Part shown: piece after piece, positions 27,591-39,118 of the stretch
Layout: every line of letters starts with the position of its first letter
How positions within the stretch are numbered: the first letter of the stretch is position 1
Source of the DNA: Octopus vulgaris
Lineage: Eukaryota
NCBI GenBank assembly: GCA_951406725.2
Contig: OX597820.1
Location: 49,228,001 to 49,292,000 of the forward strand
DNA length: 64,000 nucleotides
Direction of reading: 5' to 3'
The notes under the pieces: generated by a model
The model's input: the letters and a program-made list of their open reading frames with translations, nothing else
The model's database searches: none
Told to the model about the DNA's origin: nothing
Position numbers and translations under genes: made by a program

Positions 27591-27713
27591 CGTATGTGCG
27601 TGTGTCTATATGTGTGTGTATACACACACACACATATAAATAGTTATCTATTCCAGTGATGTTTTATGTCTTTGTGCCACCCTCTATCTCTCTTTCTTTC
27701 TTTCTTTCTCTAT

Positions 27714-27751
<38 letters not shown>

Positions 27752-28574
27752 AGAGAGAGAAAAAGAGAGAGTAATATAAATCATAATTATAGTTTTCAAT
27801 TTACTTACCACTAACATTTTGAAATTCTTTTCGAGCAAAAACGGTAACTATATTTTCGGGGGATTTTTCGATTACAGATTTCGTTATTAAGTATTCTTTC
27901 TTGTTTACACATGTTTTTGTTTCCATTTTTTTATAATATATTGTTAATTCAAGTTGGGCCATCACTATTATATCAAGCCCACTCTTTCACTTTTTCTGAT
28001 ACCTTGTGGCCCATTCACATCCTCATTAGTTAGATTAGTATATCTTTTATCTCAACATAGGTATCAATATTGGTATTAATATTAGCACCATAATGGGCAT
28101 TGGTGTTAGCATTGTAATTGATATCGATATTGCTACAAAGGTGTTGATGCTGTTATTAATGTTTTAATAGTTTCATTTAGCTTGCTTTATGAATATGTAT
28201 AAACAAATATATTATTCATTTTCTATCATTTTATTACACATTTTTTTATATTTTATATATTTTTATATTTTATAATTTTAGATATTTTTATATTTTATAT
28301 CTTTCTGTATTTTCTGATATTTTGTACATTTTTGATATATTTTTAAAAAATTTTATCGTCTTCATTAGTTATATTTTGTTATTTTGCGTTTTAAAGTTTG
28401 TTATTATTTATGATTTTATGCTTTACACTGTCTATTATTTAGATTGTTTATATAAGATACTACTTTTAAGAAACAAAACATATGGTCTAACTTTGTGAAA
28501 GATATTATGAGCCTAACTCTTTAAACAATTCTGTATGCCTAAATTACTTCACCATTATAATTCCTGTATTCTTA

Positions 28575-29117
28575 TATTAGGTTGTCCGAAAAGTTCGTGC
28601 CTATTTATAGCAGCTTAACTTTCGACTTATTTTAGAATATGGTTGAGTCCATAAAATAGGATTTTACTATCTTTTTGTAGAAGAAGGTTTATGTTTGTAT
28701 AACCTGTGTTAATTCTGTAACCATTTAAATTGGAAGATAAGAAAGTTCATTTTCGGCACTTGATGCTTTGGGAACCAGACAAAAATTGCTGCAGCTCGGC
28801 TGGGATGTGTTACTCCACCCTCCATATTCACCAGATATTGCTCTTTCGGATTTCCACTTATTCAGGTCTCTGCAGAAAAGTCTTAATGGTAAAAATTCCA
28901 ATTTTTTGGATGACGTAAAATGATACCTTGATGGGGTTTTTTTGCCATGATACCACCTCAATTTGGGGAGGAGAGTGCTTTCAAGTTAAAGGAAAGATGG
29001 GGACGCATCGTGCAACAAAATGGTTCATATTTACGTGATTAAAAATGTAATGGCAAGTATTTCTTGACACTTTTCTTCCCTTTAAAAATCGACACAAACT
29101 TTCCGGACAACCCAATA
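28575..29117 (+). mobile_element. Non-autonomous mariner deletion derivative with TIRs and TA TSD
   Basis: TA-ttaggttgtccgaaaagttcgtgc ... gacacaaactttccggacaacccaa-TA. N-terminus MEDKKVHFRHLMLWE is fused to TRQKLLQLGWDVLLHPPYSPDIALSDFHLFRSLQ. Confidence 0.92.
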
Positions 29118-29683
29118 CATTATACTTCGTCGTGTTTAGACGAACCGTTCACCAGATCATCAATTGTTATTCGTTAAAAATTTGTCGCCATGTTTGTCTT
29201 CTTTAAGTACAGTATATTTATATGAAAAAATGTTTTTACTGTATTTTAACATATTTTACTTCTTATGTCCTACGGATATATTATGCGTTTATATATTTGT
29301 CTGTTGTTTGTGTGCATAGAATGAAACATGAAATTGATCGTATAAATGAACCGGCTTAATTATCAACACTCTCCAGCTATAAAGACATGACACTAATGTA
29401 TATACGAAGCGTGTGATCGTCGGCAACTTGCATTCATTAGGAATATAAAGATATACATCTACACATAAACATACACACACATTGCTTTTATGCTTTTATA
29501 TGTATATTATTGTTGAGTTTTGTTAAATTCTTTTTATAGTAGAGTTAACTTAATTTACTTAAAATGTTTCTGGTATCTTTTCAGATTGTAGAGTCTTGGT
29601 TTTAAATTTAGATCAAAAACGTATAAATTCACACACGTACAGAACAGACACACACACACAGACGCACGCATGCATAATACATG

Positions 29684-29781
<98 letters not shown>

Positions 29782-29782
29782 T

Positions 29783-30082
29783 GGAGGCACGATGGCCCAG
29801 TGGTTAGGGCACGAACTCGCGGTCGTAGGATCGCGGTTTCGATTCCCAGACCGGGCTTTGTGAGTTTTTATTGAACGAAAACACCTAAAGCTCTACATGG
29901 CTCCGGCAGGGGGTGGTGGCAATCCCTGCTGTACTATTTCGCCACAACTTTCTCTCACTCTTTCTTCTGTTGGCCTGCTTGCTCAGCCAGCGGGGTGACG
30001 TCATTTGAAGGCTAAAACAATGCGAAGCGCCTTGTGATCAGCGATGTGTAGCAACATCTGATAGCCTGGTCGGTCACGTGAT

Positions 30083-30089
<7 letters not shown>
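29783..30089 (+). mobile_element. tRNA-derived SINE, family C (single copy here), inserted in (TA)n
   Basis: Head ggaggcacgatggcccagtggttaggg...ggtttcgattccc has A box TGGCCCAGTGG and B box GGTTTCGATTCC. Ends (tcacgtga)2; flanked on both sides by (TA)n. Confidence 0.8.
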
Positions 30090-30139
<50 letters not shown>

Positions 30140-31760
30140 CTAGACTACATGTGACTAGTTGCTCACCTGGAAAGCCTGAGTTTCGCAGCAACAGAGATTT
30201 GTTTCGTGTTTTTTTTTTCTTTTCTAGATTATTTCGCATGCTTTCAACGAATATGACGTTCGAAATCACTCGTAAAAGGCTCCTTTTCCCCAGAAAAGAA
30301 AGATTTGTCAGCTATTTCTTCTACGCCCTGCTACCATGTAACAGGTATTTCGAATCATTTATTGCAAATAGCTGTTACGTGGTAGCAGGGCGTGATCGAA
30401 ATAGCAGCCAAGTCTTTGGATGTGAGATACGTTGAATGCACACGAAAAATATTTTGTAATGGTATTCCTTCGGGGCGATCTTTTGCGTCGACTCTCAGAA
30501 CTGTCAAGCAGATCAACTGCTTTTCTTCGTTAATTTCGGTAAATCTTATTTATTTCTTTTGTTTTAAAGTAAAAGAAAGGAAATCGTGAAAAATGTATGA
30601 ACTGCATATGAAATAATCGTGTTTGTGTGTATGTGTGTGTGAGAGAGAAAGAGAGAAGGTCACTTACATATACATGAGAACACACACGTTCACTCACTCA
30701 TTCACTCTCTCTCTCTCTCACTCTTTCTCTCTCTCTATCTCTCTCTTGCGCACACACACACATGCACACATGCATGCAAAAAAAGGTGTGCGTATATGTA
30801 TTGATGTATGTACATGACAACACACCTCTTCATTCACTTTCTCTCTATCTCTCTCTCATTCTCACTCTCTCTCTTTTTCTCTATATTTTTCTTTTCCTCT
30901 CTCATTCTCTTTCACAGAGCCACGTCCATTTCATACACACGTAAAAAAAACATTGACTTTCTTCTCTCTTTCATTTTAAAACATAAATAAATAAAAAAAA
31001 TTACGAAAATTAGCAAACTCCTGATGACAAGTGAAAGGTTGCCATTCACTTGAATAAAATTTTAAAAATACGTTTAAATATTGTCTGTTTAAAGAAAGCT
31101 AAACTATAAATACTTACTTTACAAACAACTTACATTTTTGAATTCACATTCAGTTAAAAATATTTCTAAATGATTGAAATATTGAGTACGTCAAAAAGCA
31201 GAGGTTTTTTTTTTTGAGTGTGTGAAGAATGTGTGTGTTTATGTCACAGATAGCGGACGTGTGTTTGTGTTGATTGAAAACCATGACATTCAATATATGT
31301 GTGTGTATTCTGTATGTATGTCTTTTTTCGTCAAGAAATAACAAGCAAAATTTCTGTTAAATCATTTTCATTAATAGATAGAAGTCCAGATATCACAAAA
31401 ATTTGTACTGCAGAGCTGAAGGTAAAAATTAAAATATACATGTAAATAAAAATTAAGATAACGTATACCATTTCTGAGATATTTCGGATACACACAAAAA
31501 TCTCTAGAGTTTTGGTACTACTAAAATGTACATACGTACATAAGTACTTACATACATACATACGTACATGACTGCACACATAGTACATACATACATACTT
31601 ACTTGTGTGTGTGTGTGTGTATATGTGTAGTTATGCATTTTCTAAATCTAAAACCAAGACTACTATCTGAAAAGAATACCAGAAACAGTCTAATAACTTA
31701 AGTGAAGGATCCTTGGATCTAGGCTAGAAGCCGGCTCTTTCTCTGTTGCGAAAAAATCTT

Positions 31761-31806
<46 letters not shown>

Positions 31807-33319
31807 GTCATTACCCGCTTCAGGGAAGCAGGTGTAAAACAAATCGCATTTTCTTACATTTCCGTACAACATAGCGTGTAGGAAAATACTAGTATTTTGT
31901 TACGACCTTCAACTGAACGTAATATTTTGAAGTGTGCACCATTTCCATAGTGCTGCAAAGTTCTCTCTATACACATAGTAAGAGTATATCTTGCTTCCAC
32001 TGTTTCGCTGAGCTGTAGATCGCATGAAGACAGGAATGTGTAAAATTTAGTCAACAACTAAAGTAATAGCGTTTTGAGCGAAACCAGGACATGGCTGTCT
32101 TTTATTCCAATCAATCTGTCTACCTCAATTTACTCCTGAATTAGTTTGAAAGCAGATGAATATATACATATAGCCAGATTATCCTTATGAAGTAGTTGAA
32201 TACATTTAGTATGTGCGATCTTTTTCAAAATACACATCGGAAAATTATGAGAAAAATTCAGTCTGCAATTAATAACAAATTACCACTTCCGTGTGTTAAG
32301 TTTCATAAATATAATGTTTTGTTTATTTCGTAATAGATAATAGATTTATTGGAAGATAAGTGAAATGGTAGGATATTTTTCTTTATTTTTATGGCTTTCA
32401 CCTTAAATTAAGATAACCAATAAAAATGATTTGATATTAGGCTTATATTTATGAAACAAAGTCTATCCCAAAGAGATAATGCATAAATGTTAACTTAATT
32501 AAATTATTAATAATTTGTATTCGCTTATTGGTTTCGCCTAAAAAAATCAAACAAATTTCTAAATTCAGAACAAGATGCAAGGTGAAACGTTAGAAATAAC
32601 AACCAAAGTTCTTACTGATGAAAATAGAAGTAGGTGTATTGTGTAGTACACCAAGGGAGTGGTGAAAACTCTGTAATGGGTAACCCTGTATGTTGATCAT
32701 AAACACTTCTAAACTCTAAGTTTTCTATTGTGTTACTAGTCACAGGGAAGGACGAAGGCATTGCTATGAATAACGCACTACCTGCAAGAAAGAGGCTCTG
32801 GATCATTAAAACACCTTTGTGTGATGGAGAGCCACCTGTAAATTTTGAGAACCCCTCGATAACCAACGTTTTACCTCGGTCCCGAAGCTTACCCACAACA
32901 AGTATATAACTTACTTATATAGAATAGCATCCTATATAAAATAGAGTGTTGCGTTTAATATTTCAGAACGCATATACTTCACGATAGTCTTGAATACTTT
33001 AGGTTATTTTTTTTTTTTAAATGCTTAAGGTCACTTACACGCATAATTTGTAGATATATCATCCAGCCGACCATACTTGCATGCTGGTTGTGGTGAAAAT
33101 GATGTATCCAGTTTGTTTCCCCGTGTCTCCCATCCACAATTCATTACATTTCTTTCTGGTTGAGAGTCCATCAATTTCATATTTCAATGAAAATATGAAA
33201 TCTAAGCTACCCCGAGCGCTCTAGTTTTAACTATTTTTCACAGTTCCTTTTGAATCATTCCCAGTTTAGACCCGGAATGAGTCTCCTGTAAGCAACCGTT
33301 CAGTAAGCTATTTTAGTAT

Positions 33320-33555
33320 TCTTTTATTCTTTTACATGTGTCACTCATTTGACTGCTGCCATGCTGGATCACCGCCTTGAAAGGTATTTAGTCAAACAAA
33401 TCGATCTCAGGAATTATTTCTAAGCCTAATACTTATAATACTTATCCGATCAATCTCTACTTTCGAGACAACAAGTTACGGGGATGTAAACACACCATTA
33501 CCTGTTGTCAAGTTGCAATTGGGTCTAAAACACACACAACACATACTTACATACC

Positions 33556-33601
<46 letters not shown>

Positions 33602-33745
33602 ACGGGCTTCTTTTAGTTTCCGTCTATCCATTCTACTCACAAGATTTTGCCCGGTCCGAAGCTATAGTAGACATGTACTACGCAGAGGGGCTGAACTCGG
33701 AACCATGGGGCTGGGAAGCAAGTTTCTTAACACACAACCACCATT
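33320..33745 (-). mobile_element. SINE family A
   Basis: gccatgctggatcaccgccttgaa...acgggcttcttttagtttccgtct...ggctgaactcggaaccatg. Confidence 0.85.
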
Positions 33746-35029
33746 TCATGATACAAACACAACACATTCCGTATAATGATCCTTCGTTTGTGCACACGAC
33801 GTTCCTGTTCCCAAGCACGAGGGAATACTTAGTGATTGATGCAGTGATACGACACATGATATCATGTATGTAAGCGTGGATGCGTTTTTACATTTCAGAC
33901 ACACAGGGAAAAAAATACATATAGTCAATTGTCGCAGCTTAATAAATGTATGTGTGCATGTTAATGGCTGTTAATTCATTTATTAAGGTCGATTTTGAGT
34001 AAGCGTCAGAAGATTCTCACTAGCGTTATGTGCATTCGGAACATTTCCTGTAGTCCGTTCTGTAACATGCTGCACACAGGTAAGCCATAGCAGTATAACT
34101 TCCTTCTGTTGTAGGTATTTTTCTCCACTGGTTTTATGAACCATTTAAAGTACCATAGGCTCTGCCTTTCCTACTTCAAATGTAGTTTTGTCGTCCAAGT
34201 AATTTTTATGTGAATTAATATTTGTAGTTGTCACTGTTTCTTTTGTTGGTGTTTAACTCTAGTTCACCCTGATCGAGCACATATATTACGAAAACTGTTA
34301 TCATACAGTGATATTCATATACGTAGGGAAATTTTGATTGCGTTGCGCATTGTGTCACATGGTAAAATTGGGTGCTATGTCTTGCAAGCCGATCGACTCC
34401 GTGAAGGCTTCTCATTGACACGTCTTAATATTCGTGTAAAATTCTAGTGATAACCTAAAGCAATACCGATTATATATATTTATTACTTTCTTTATAGTCG
34501 TCCATTGCATTCGCTACATTCTCACCTATCATATAACATTTTGCTGTTTCATATGTCATTTTGATAAATTTATCAATGACCAGTGGTAGCACGGATGCGA
34601 ATTATCATTTGGTCTTTGTTACATATAAGAGTGGAAAGAGTTGGTAAATAAGAAAAGGTTATATAGTCACATTCTCTTGTCACTAATTCGTTTGAGCTTG
34701 CTTTCATTATTTATCGCCATGTCAGCTCTGATTGTGCAGAAATAAGATCAAAGATCTCCACGCTTTGACATCGTCTCACATTCAATTCTTATGCTTTCAT
34801 TTCGTTAACACATTGGCTTTTAAAGTTTTGAGGAAGTTTTGGCTGCTACTTTTTCTCAAGTCATGAAACCGTTCGAAGTTTCCGTCGTTCATTCGTAATC
34901 ATTAAAGGTGTCGGTTCATTTCTGATACCAAGGTGGGACAGCATTTCTTTTCTTTTTCAGAATCGTGATGTAAGAATAAGCACCACAACCACCACCGAAA
35001 CGCCAACAAACCGCCACGTCCACCTTCAC

Positions 35030-35077
35030 CCCACATCATACCATCATCATCACCATCATAATCTTCATCATCATCAG

Positions 35078-35112
<35 letters not shown>

Positions 35113-35550
35113 ACGTCGTCGTCATCGTCGATGTTGTCGTCGACATCATCATCACCATCACTATCATCATCGCCGTTGTCTCCTTCAGCGTCATTATCCT
35201 TCTTTTTATCATATACAAAAATTCTCTGCTATGCACACACGTTTGCTGTGTCACCGGCATCTGGGCAAAATTGTGATGCTGTTATTGTTATTGCAGCAGA
35301 TGCTATAAATATGGTGACCTGTCACAGTTTTATTTTAATAATTCATCTTTTCTGATTGATTTTTATTTTGTTATTTTTTGTGTTTTAATTTTCCCTTTTT
35401 GATTTTTATTCATTGTTGTGCAGCTATTTTCATTTTGGCTCAACCTCTTTCACTAAAAAATGCAAGGCTTTTATGACTACGAAAGAAAATATAACAGTGC
35501 TTGTTAAAAATCTTTGTTGTACTTGCTGTTGCTGCTGTTATTATTTTCAC

Positions 35551-35589
<39 letters not shown>

Positions 35590-35620
35590 CATCATTATTA
35601 TTATTATTATTATTATTATA

Positions 35621-35658
<38 letters not shown>

Positions 35659-35662
35659 CATT
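35030..35662. repeat. (CAT)n, (CGT)n and (ATT)n microsatellites
   Basis: Directly visible; source of the poly-M/H/Y/I/N ORFs. Confidence 0.95.
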
Positions 35663-36027
35663 TGCTAGTGAATTAAACATGATAAACAATTTCGTCTTCA
35701 TAACGGCTGTGTGGACTTTTGCGGCTATAATTCGGGTCAACAATGTTTAATTCATCCGGGCTATTGATTAATTGCGTTGGCGATCGCACGAAAAAGCGTT
35801 TCTTTATTATAGCGCCAAGCTGGCGCGCCATATTGTTTTTAAGTTTCCATCTTTAACAATGAAACAAATGCCAGCAAATATATCTACACATACTGGTATG
35901 GAAAATATACATGTGCATACAAAATTGGGAATACATAAACACACACGCACACAAACAGATATACACTCACAATCATGCACACACTTATACACACACAGGC
36001 ACGAATTTGCTCTCGGACACACACACT

Positions 36028-36099
<72 letters not shown>

Positions 36100-36246
36100 C
36101 ACAGGCATATGCACGTAAGCATACACAAACACGAGGAGAGATATAAATGGACGGATTTTATTTTCGTTTTATAAACAACCAAAAATATATATGCTGTTAT
36201 ATATGTCAGTATATATATATATATATATACTGACATATATATATAC

Positions 36247-36278
<32 letters not shown>

Positions 36279-37294
36279 AGAGAGAGAGAGATCGGTGCTT
36301 AACTATATATATACATATCACAAATACGTACTGCATTTACACACACACATACGCACACACACATTTATTTGTGCTTGGTGCATGGATACACACATACTGA
36401 CACCCATACATACATACATACATACATACATACATACATACATACATACATACATACATACATACATACATACATACATACATACATACATACATACATA
36501 CATACATACATACATACATACGAACCTACATACATGCACGCATGCACATTAAAAACATACATGAAATTTAAAACAAATATAAACAATGTCTTTTCTGTAC
36601 AAACAAGCATAGCGTGTGATTGTCTGAATGTCTCTAAGTGTCAATGTTCAGCACGAATTATCATAGCAATATAAACAGCTATAAAATTATGTTCCTCTAT
36701 TGGTTATCTCGATATTTATTATATATACTATTAATGTGAAATCCAAATACAAATACTTCATATGAGATAATATGTTCTGACAGAGACTCAACGTATAAAG
36801 ACATATCGAGACGTTATTGATAATAATGAAAATTTTCATTGGAATTTTCTTTCGTTTTGTTTCATCTTTCTGCTTTTCAATTGAATCAGTGACATCACAA
36901 TTCACACTAGTAACTGTATCTTCACACGTTATCGATGTATTTATTTTACATTCGTTTGTTTATTTCACTACTTTTCACTGTTTATCGATTTGCAGATCGA
37001 TTGATGGATTCATTGATTCATTGATTCATAGATTCGGTGATTCAGAGAAAAGCGTATTTTCCCTTAGGCTCGTCTCGCTATCTCGCACACGATACATACA
37101 CACGCGCATGCATACATACATTGTTACATGTATGCATATATGCATATATACATACACATACGTACACACAAACACATGTACATACACAAACTTACAGAAA
37201 CTGACACTTTTATGTCTGCCTATAAGTGCGTATGCATGTATGAATATATATGAGTATATGCATAAATATACAAATATATAAATATAAATATATT

Positions 37295-37425
37295 TCTTAC
37301 CAACAACATGGCCCCGGGTTCAGCCTACTGTGTGACACCTTCGGCAGGTGTCCTCTACTATAGCCTCGGTCTGACCAATGCCTTGTGGATTTGTTAGACG
37401 GAATCTGAAAGAAGCCTGTCGTGTA
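37295..37425 (+). mobile_element. SINE family A, 5' half; its microsatellite position is occupied by the hammerhead repeat
   Basis: ccccgggttcagcc...caccttcggcaggtgtcctctactatagcctcgg...gacggaatctgaaagaagcctgtcgt. Confidence 0.8.
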
Positions 37426-37427
37426 TA

Positions 37428-38047
37428 CGTTTTGGCCCATCCGCTGATGAGAACTTCACCTTGAAAATTTATTTTATTTGCTAATTAAAGTTCGAAACCT
37501 AAGGCCCGGCTATAAAACATGGTAAATGTTTCTATTTTTCATTCCCTTCGAAATTGCTCTTAACTGTGGTTTGGACTTTATGACTATTCCTTCTAGTATG
37601 TTAGAAGACCTGTTAAGGCTCGCCTCATTGTGTTTAAATGTACACCCGTTTTTTATATATGAAAATTATATCTATTGACTTTGTATACATGCTAGGCCAC
37701 TGGTAGAAAAATTTCCTATAGTTTTTGCTACGCTGTATTAATTTTAAGAAATGATTCTAGCAATTACTGAAATTTAATCGGAATTACAATTTTCCACTGA
37801 TTCAAACTGCGCTTGCGCGGAGGATTTGAAAAATTTTAATACATAAGCATGAGGCACGTGTTATTTTGTCTCAATGTTTTGACCTATCAGCTGATGAGAA
37901 CTTCGCCTTGCAAATTATTTTATTTCCTAACTAAAGTTTGAAACCAAATAAGTGTTTTATTATTCATTACCTTCGAAATTGCTCTTAACTGTGATTTGGA
38001 CTTTTTTACTGTACCTTCTAGTATATTAGGCGCCCTGTAATTGTACA

Positions 38048-38048
<1 letters not shown>
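37428..38048 (+). mobile_element. Hammerhead-bearing tandem repeat (447-bp period, ~1.4 units): retrozyme-like / Penelope pLTR-derived
   Basis: gttttg(g/a)cc(c/t)atc.gctgatgagaacttc...ccttcgaaattgctcttaactgtg.tttggacttt...ccttctagtat.ttag occurs twice; CTGATGA at 37444 and 37891. Confidence 0.7.
37441..37509 (+). ncRNA. Type I hammerhead ribozyme motif with a cleavage-site mutation (GUC to GCC)
   Basis: ccg-CTGATGA-gaactt-(31-nt loop)-aagttc-GAAAC-c taa g-gc-c-cgg. Stem I is ccg/cgg, stem II is gaactt/aagttc, stem III is acc/ggc (U16.1 replaced by C). Confidence 0.65.
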
Positions 38049-38091
<43 letters not shown>

Positions 38092-38123
38092 CATATATAT
38101 ATATATATATATTTATATATATG

Positions 38124-38172
<49 letters not shown>

Positions 38173-38266
38173 ATATATAATATACTATAATATAATACAA
38201 TATAATATAAAGAATATATAAATATATGCATATATGTACATACCTACATGTAGATGTATATATACA

Positions 38267-39118
38267 TGCATATATGGGTACAGGACATCTACAAAACGTT
38301 GAACACAGTGAGAAACGAAAATATGAAAACAAAAACATGGAAACGAACTTTTTTCAAAAAATAAAAAAAAACCAGAGGAACGAGACATACAACTCTAGGA
38401 ATATTACACTTCTTCAGTTGTTCCTGTTTCGTCTACTCTGCGTTTTCGAAGGTAAGGACAAGACGCGACTTCGTTGAAACAGTCCTTCCCGCAAAGCAAA
38501 TTAAATAAAATTTAGGATATTTTGCGGAGGGGTAAAATTGGTAAAAAGAACGGGACAGTAAGACATTAAAAACAAAACAAGACATTAAAAACAATACAAT
38601 TAAAAACAGTAAAATACAGGACAAAGAGAATAAAAATAGTAAAAACAAACGATGAAGGCTGTTAAGCCAAGGCGACGGAGACATTATTTTGAGCGCATTA
38701 GGAAAACTGATTATGAGAGGGATAGGATAAGCCGTCTTGTCTCGGGGAAGATAGCAGTTAGAAAGATGGCTGACCTCTGGGCACGTGTCAGAGATTTATT
38801 ATTGCTTGCAGACAGTTTTTCGAAATCAGTGACGGAAGTTAATGGAAAAACAATAAATAAATATTTGCAAACAGGTCTCCCTTCATCGAAAACCGGTGAT
38901 TGCCGTACGCCGAAGACAGGCAAATGCCTAGAAACTGCAGTCCGTGCGTATCACTTAGGTTTACGAGAGAGGGATCACCTCCCTTTGCAAATATCATAAG
39001 GGCACAGACAGTGTGCCTAAATCCAGCTGGAGACGATGATCTCCTGGGGCTAAAAGCTACAGTAACACCCACCCTTAGTGGTTAGCCATATTGAGATGGC
39101 TAGTATACTTTAGGTTAT
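38267..39118. mobile_element. ~850-bp non-coding element of the tgcatatatgggtacagg family (probable Penelope-related) with a hairpin-rich far end
   Basis: Shared terminus with 8250 and 23229; GC-richer than its flanks; ORFs (38652-38999 etc.) show no recognisable domain. Confidence 0.5.

Noticed and set aside
34040-34120. cacag|gtaag donor or SWIM-like GLP.C remnant
   Set aside because: No supported exon or continuous frame.
37855-37955. Type III hammerhead reading of the second repeat copy (ttattttgtc...gaaaccaaataa)
   Set aside because: No stem I forms, and comparison with copy 1 shows it is a deleted type I copy.
39035-39100. SECIS-like ATGA-12nt-AAAA
   Set aside because: The 3' GA of the kink-turn quartet and continuous helix II pairing are missing.
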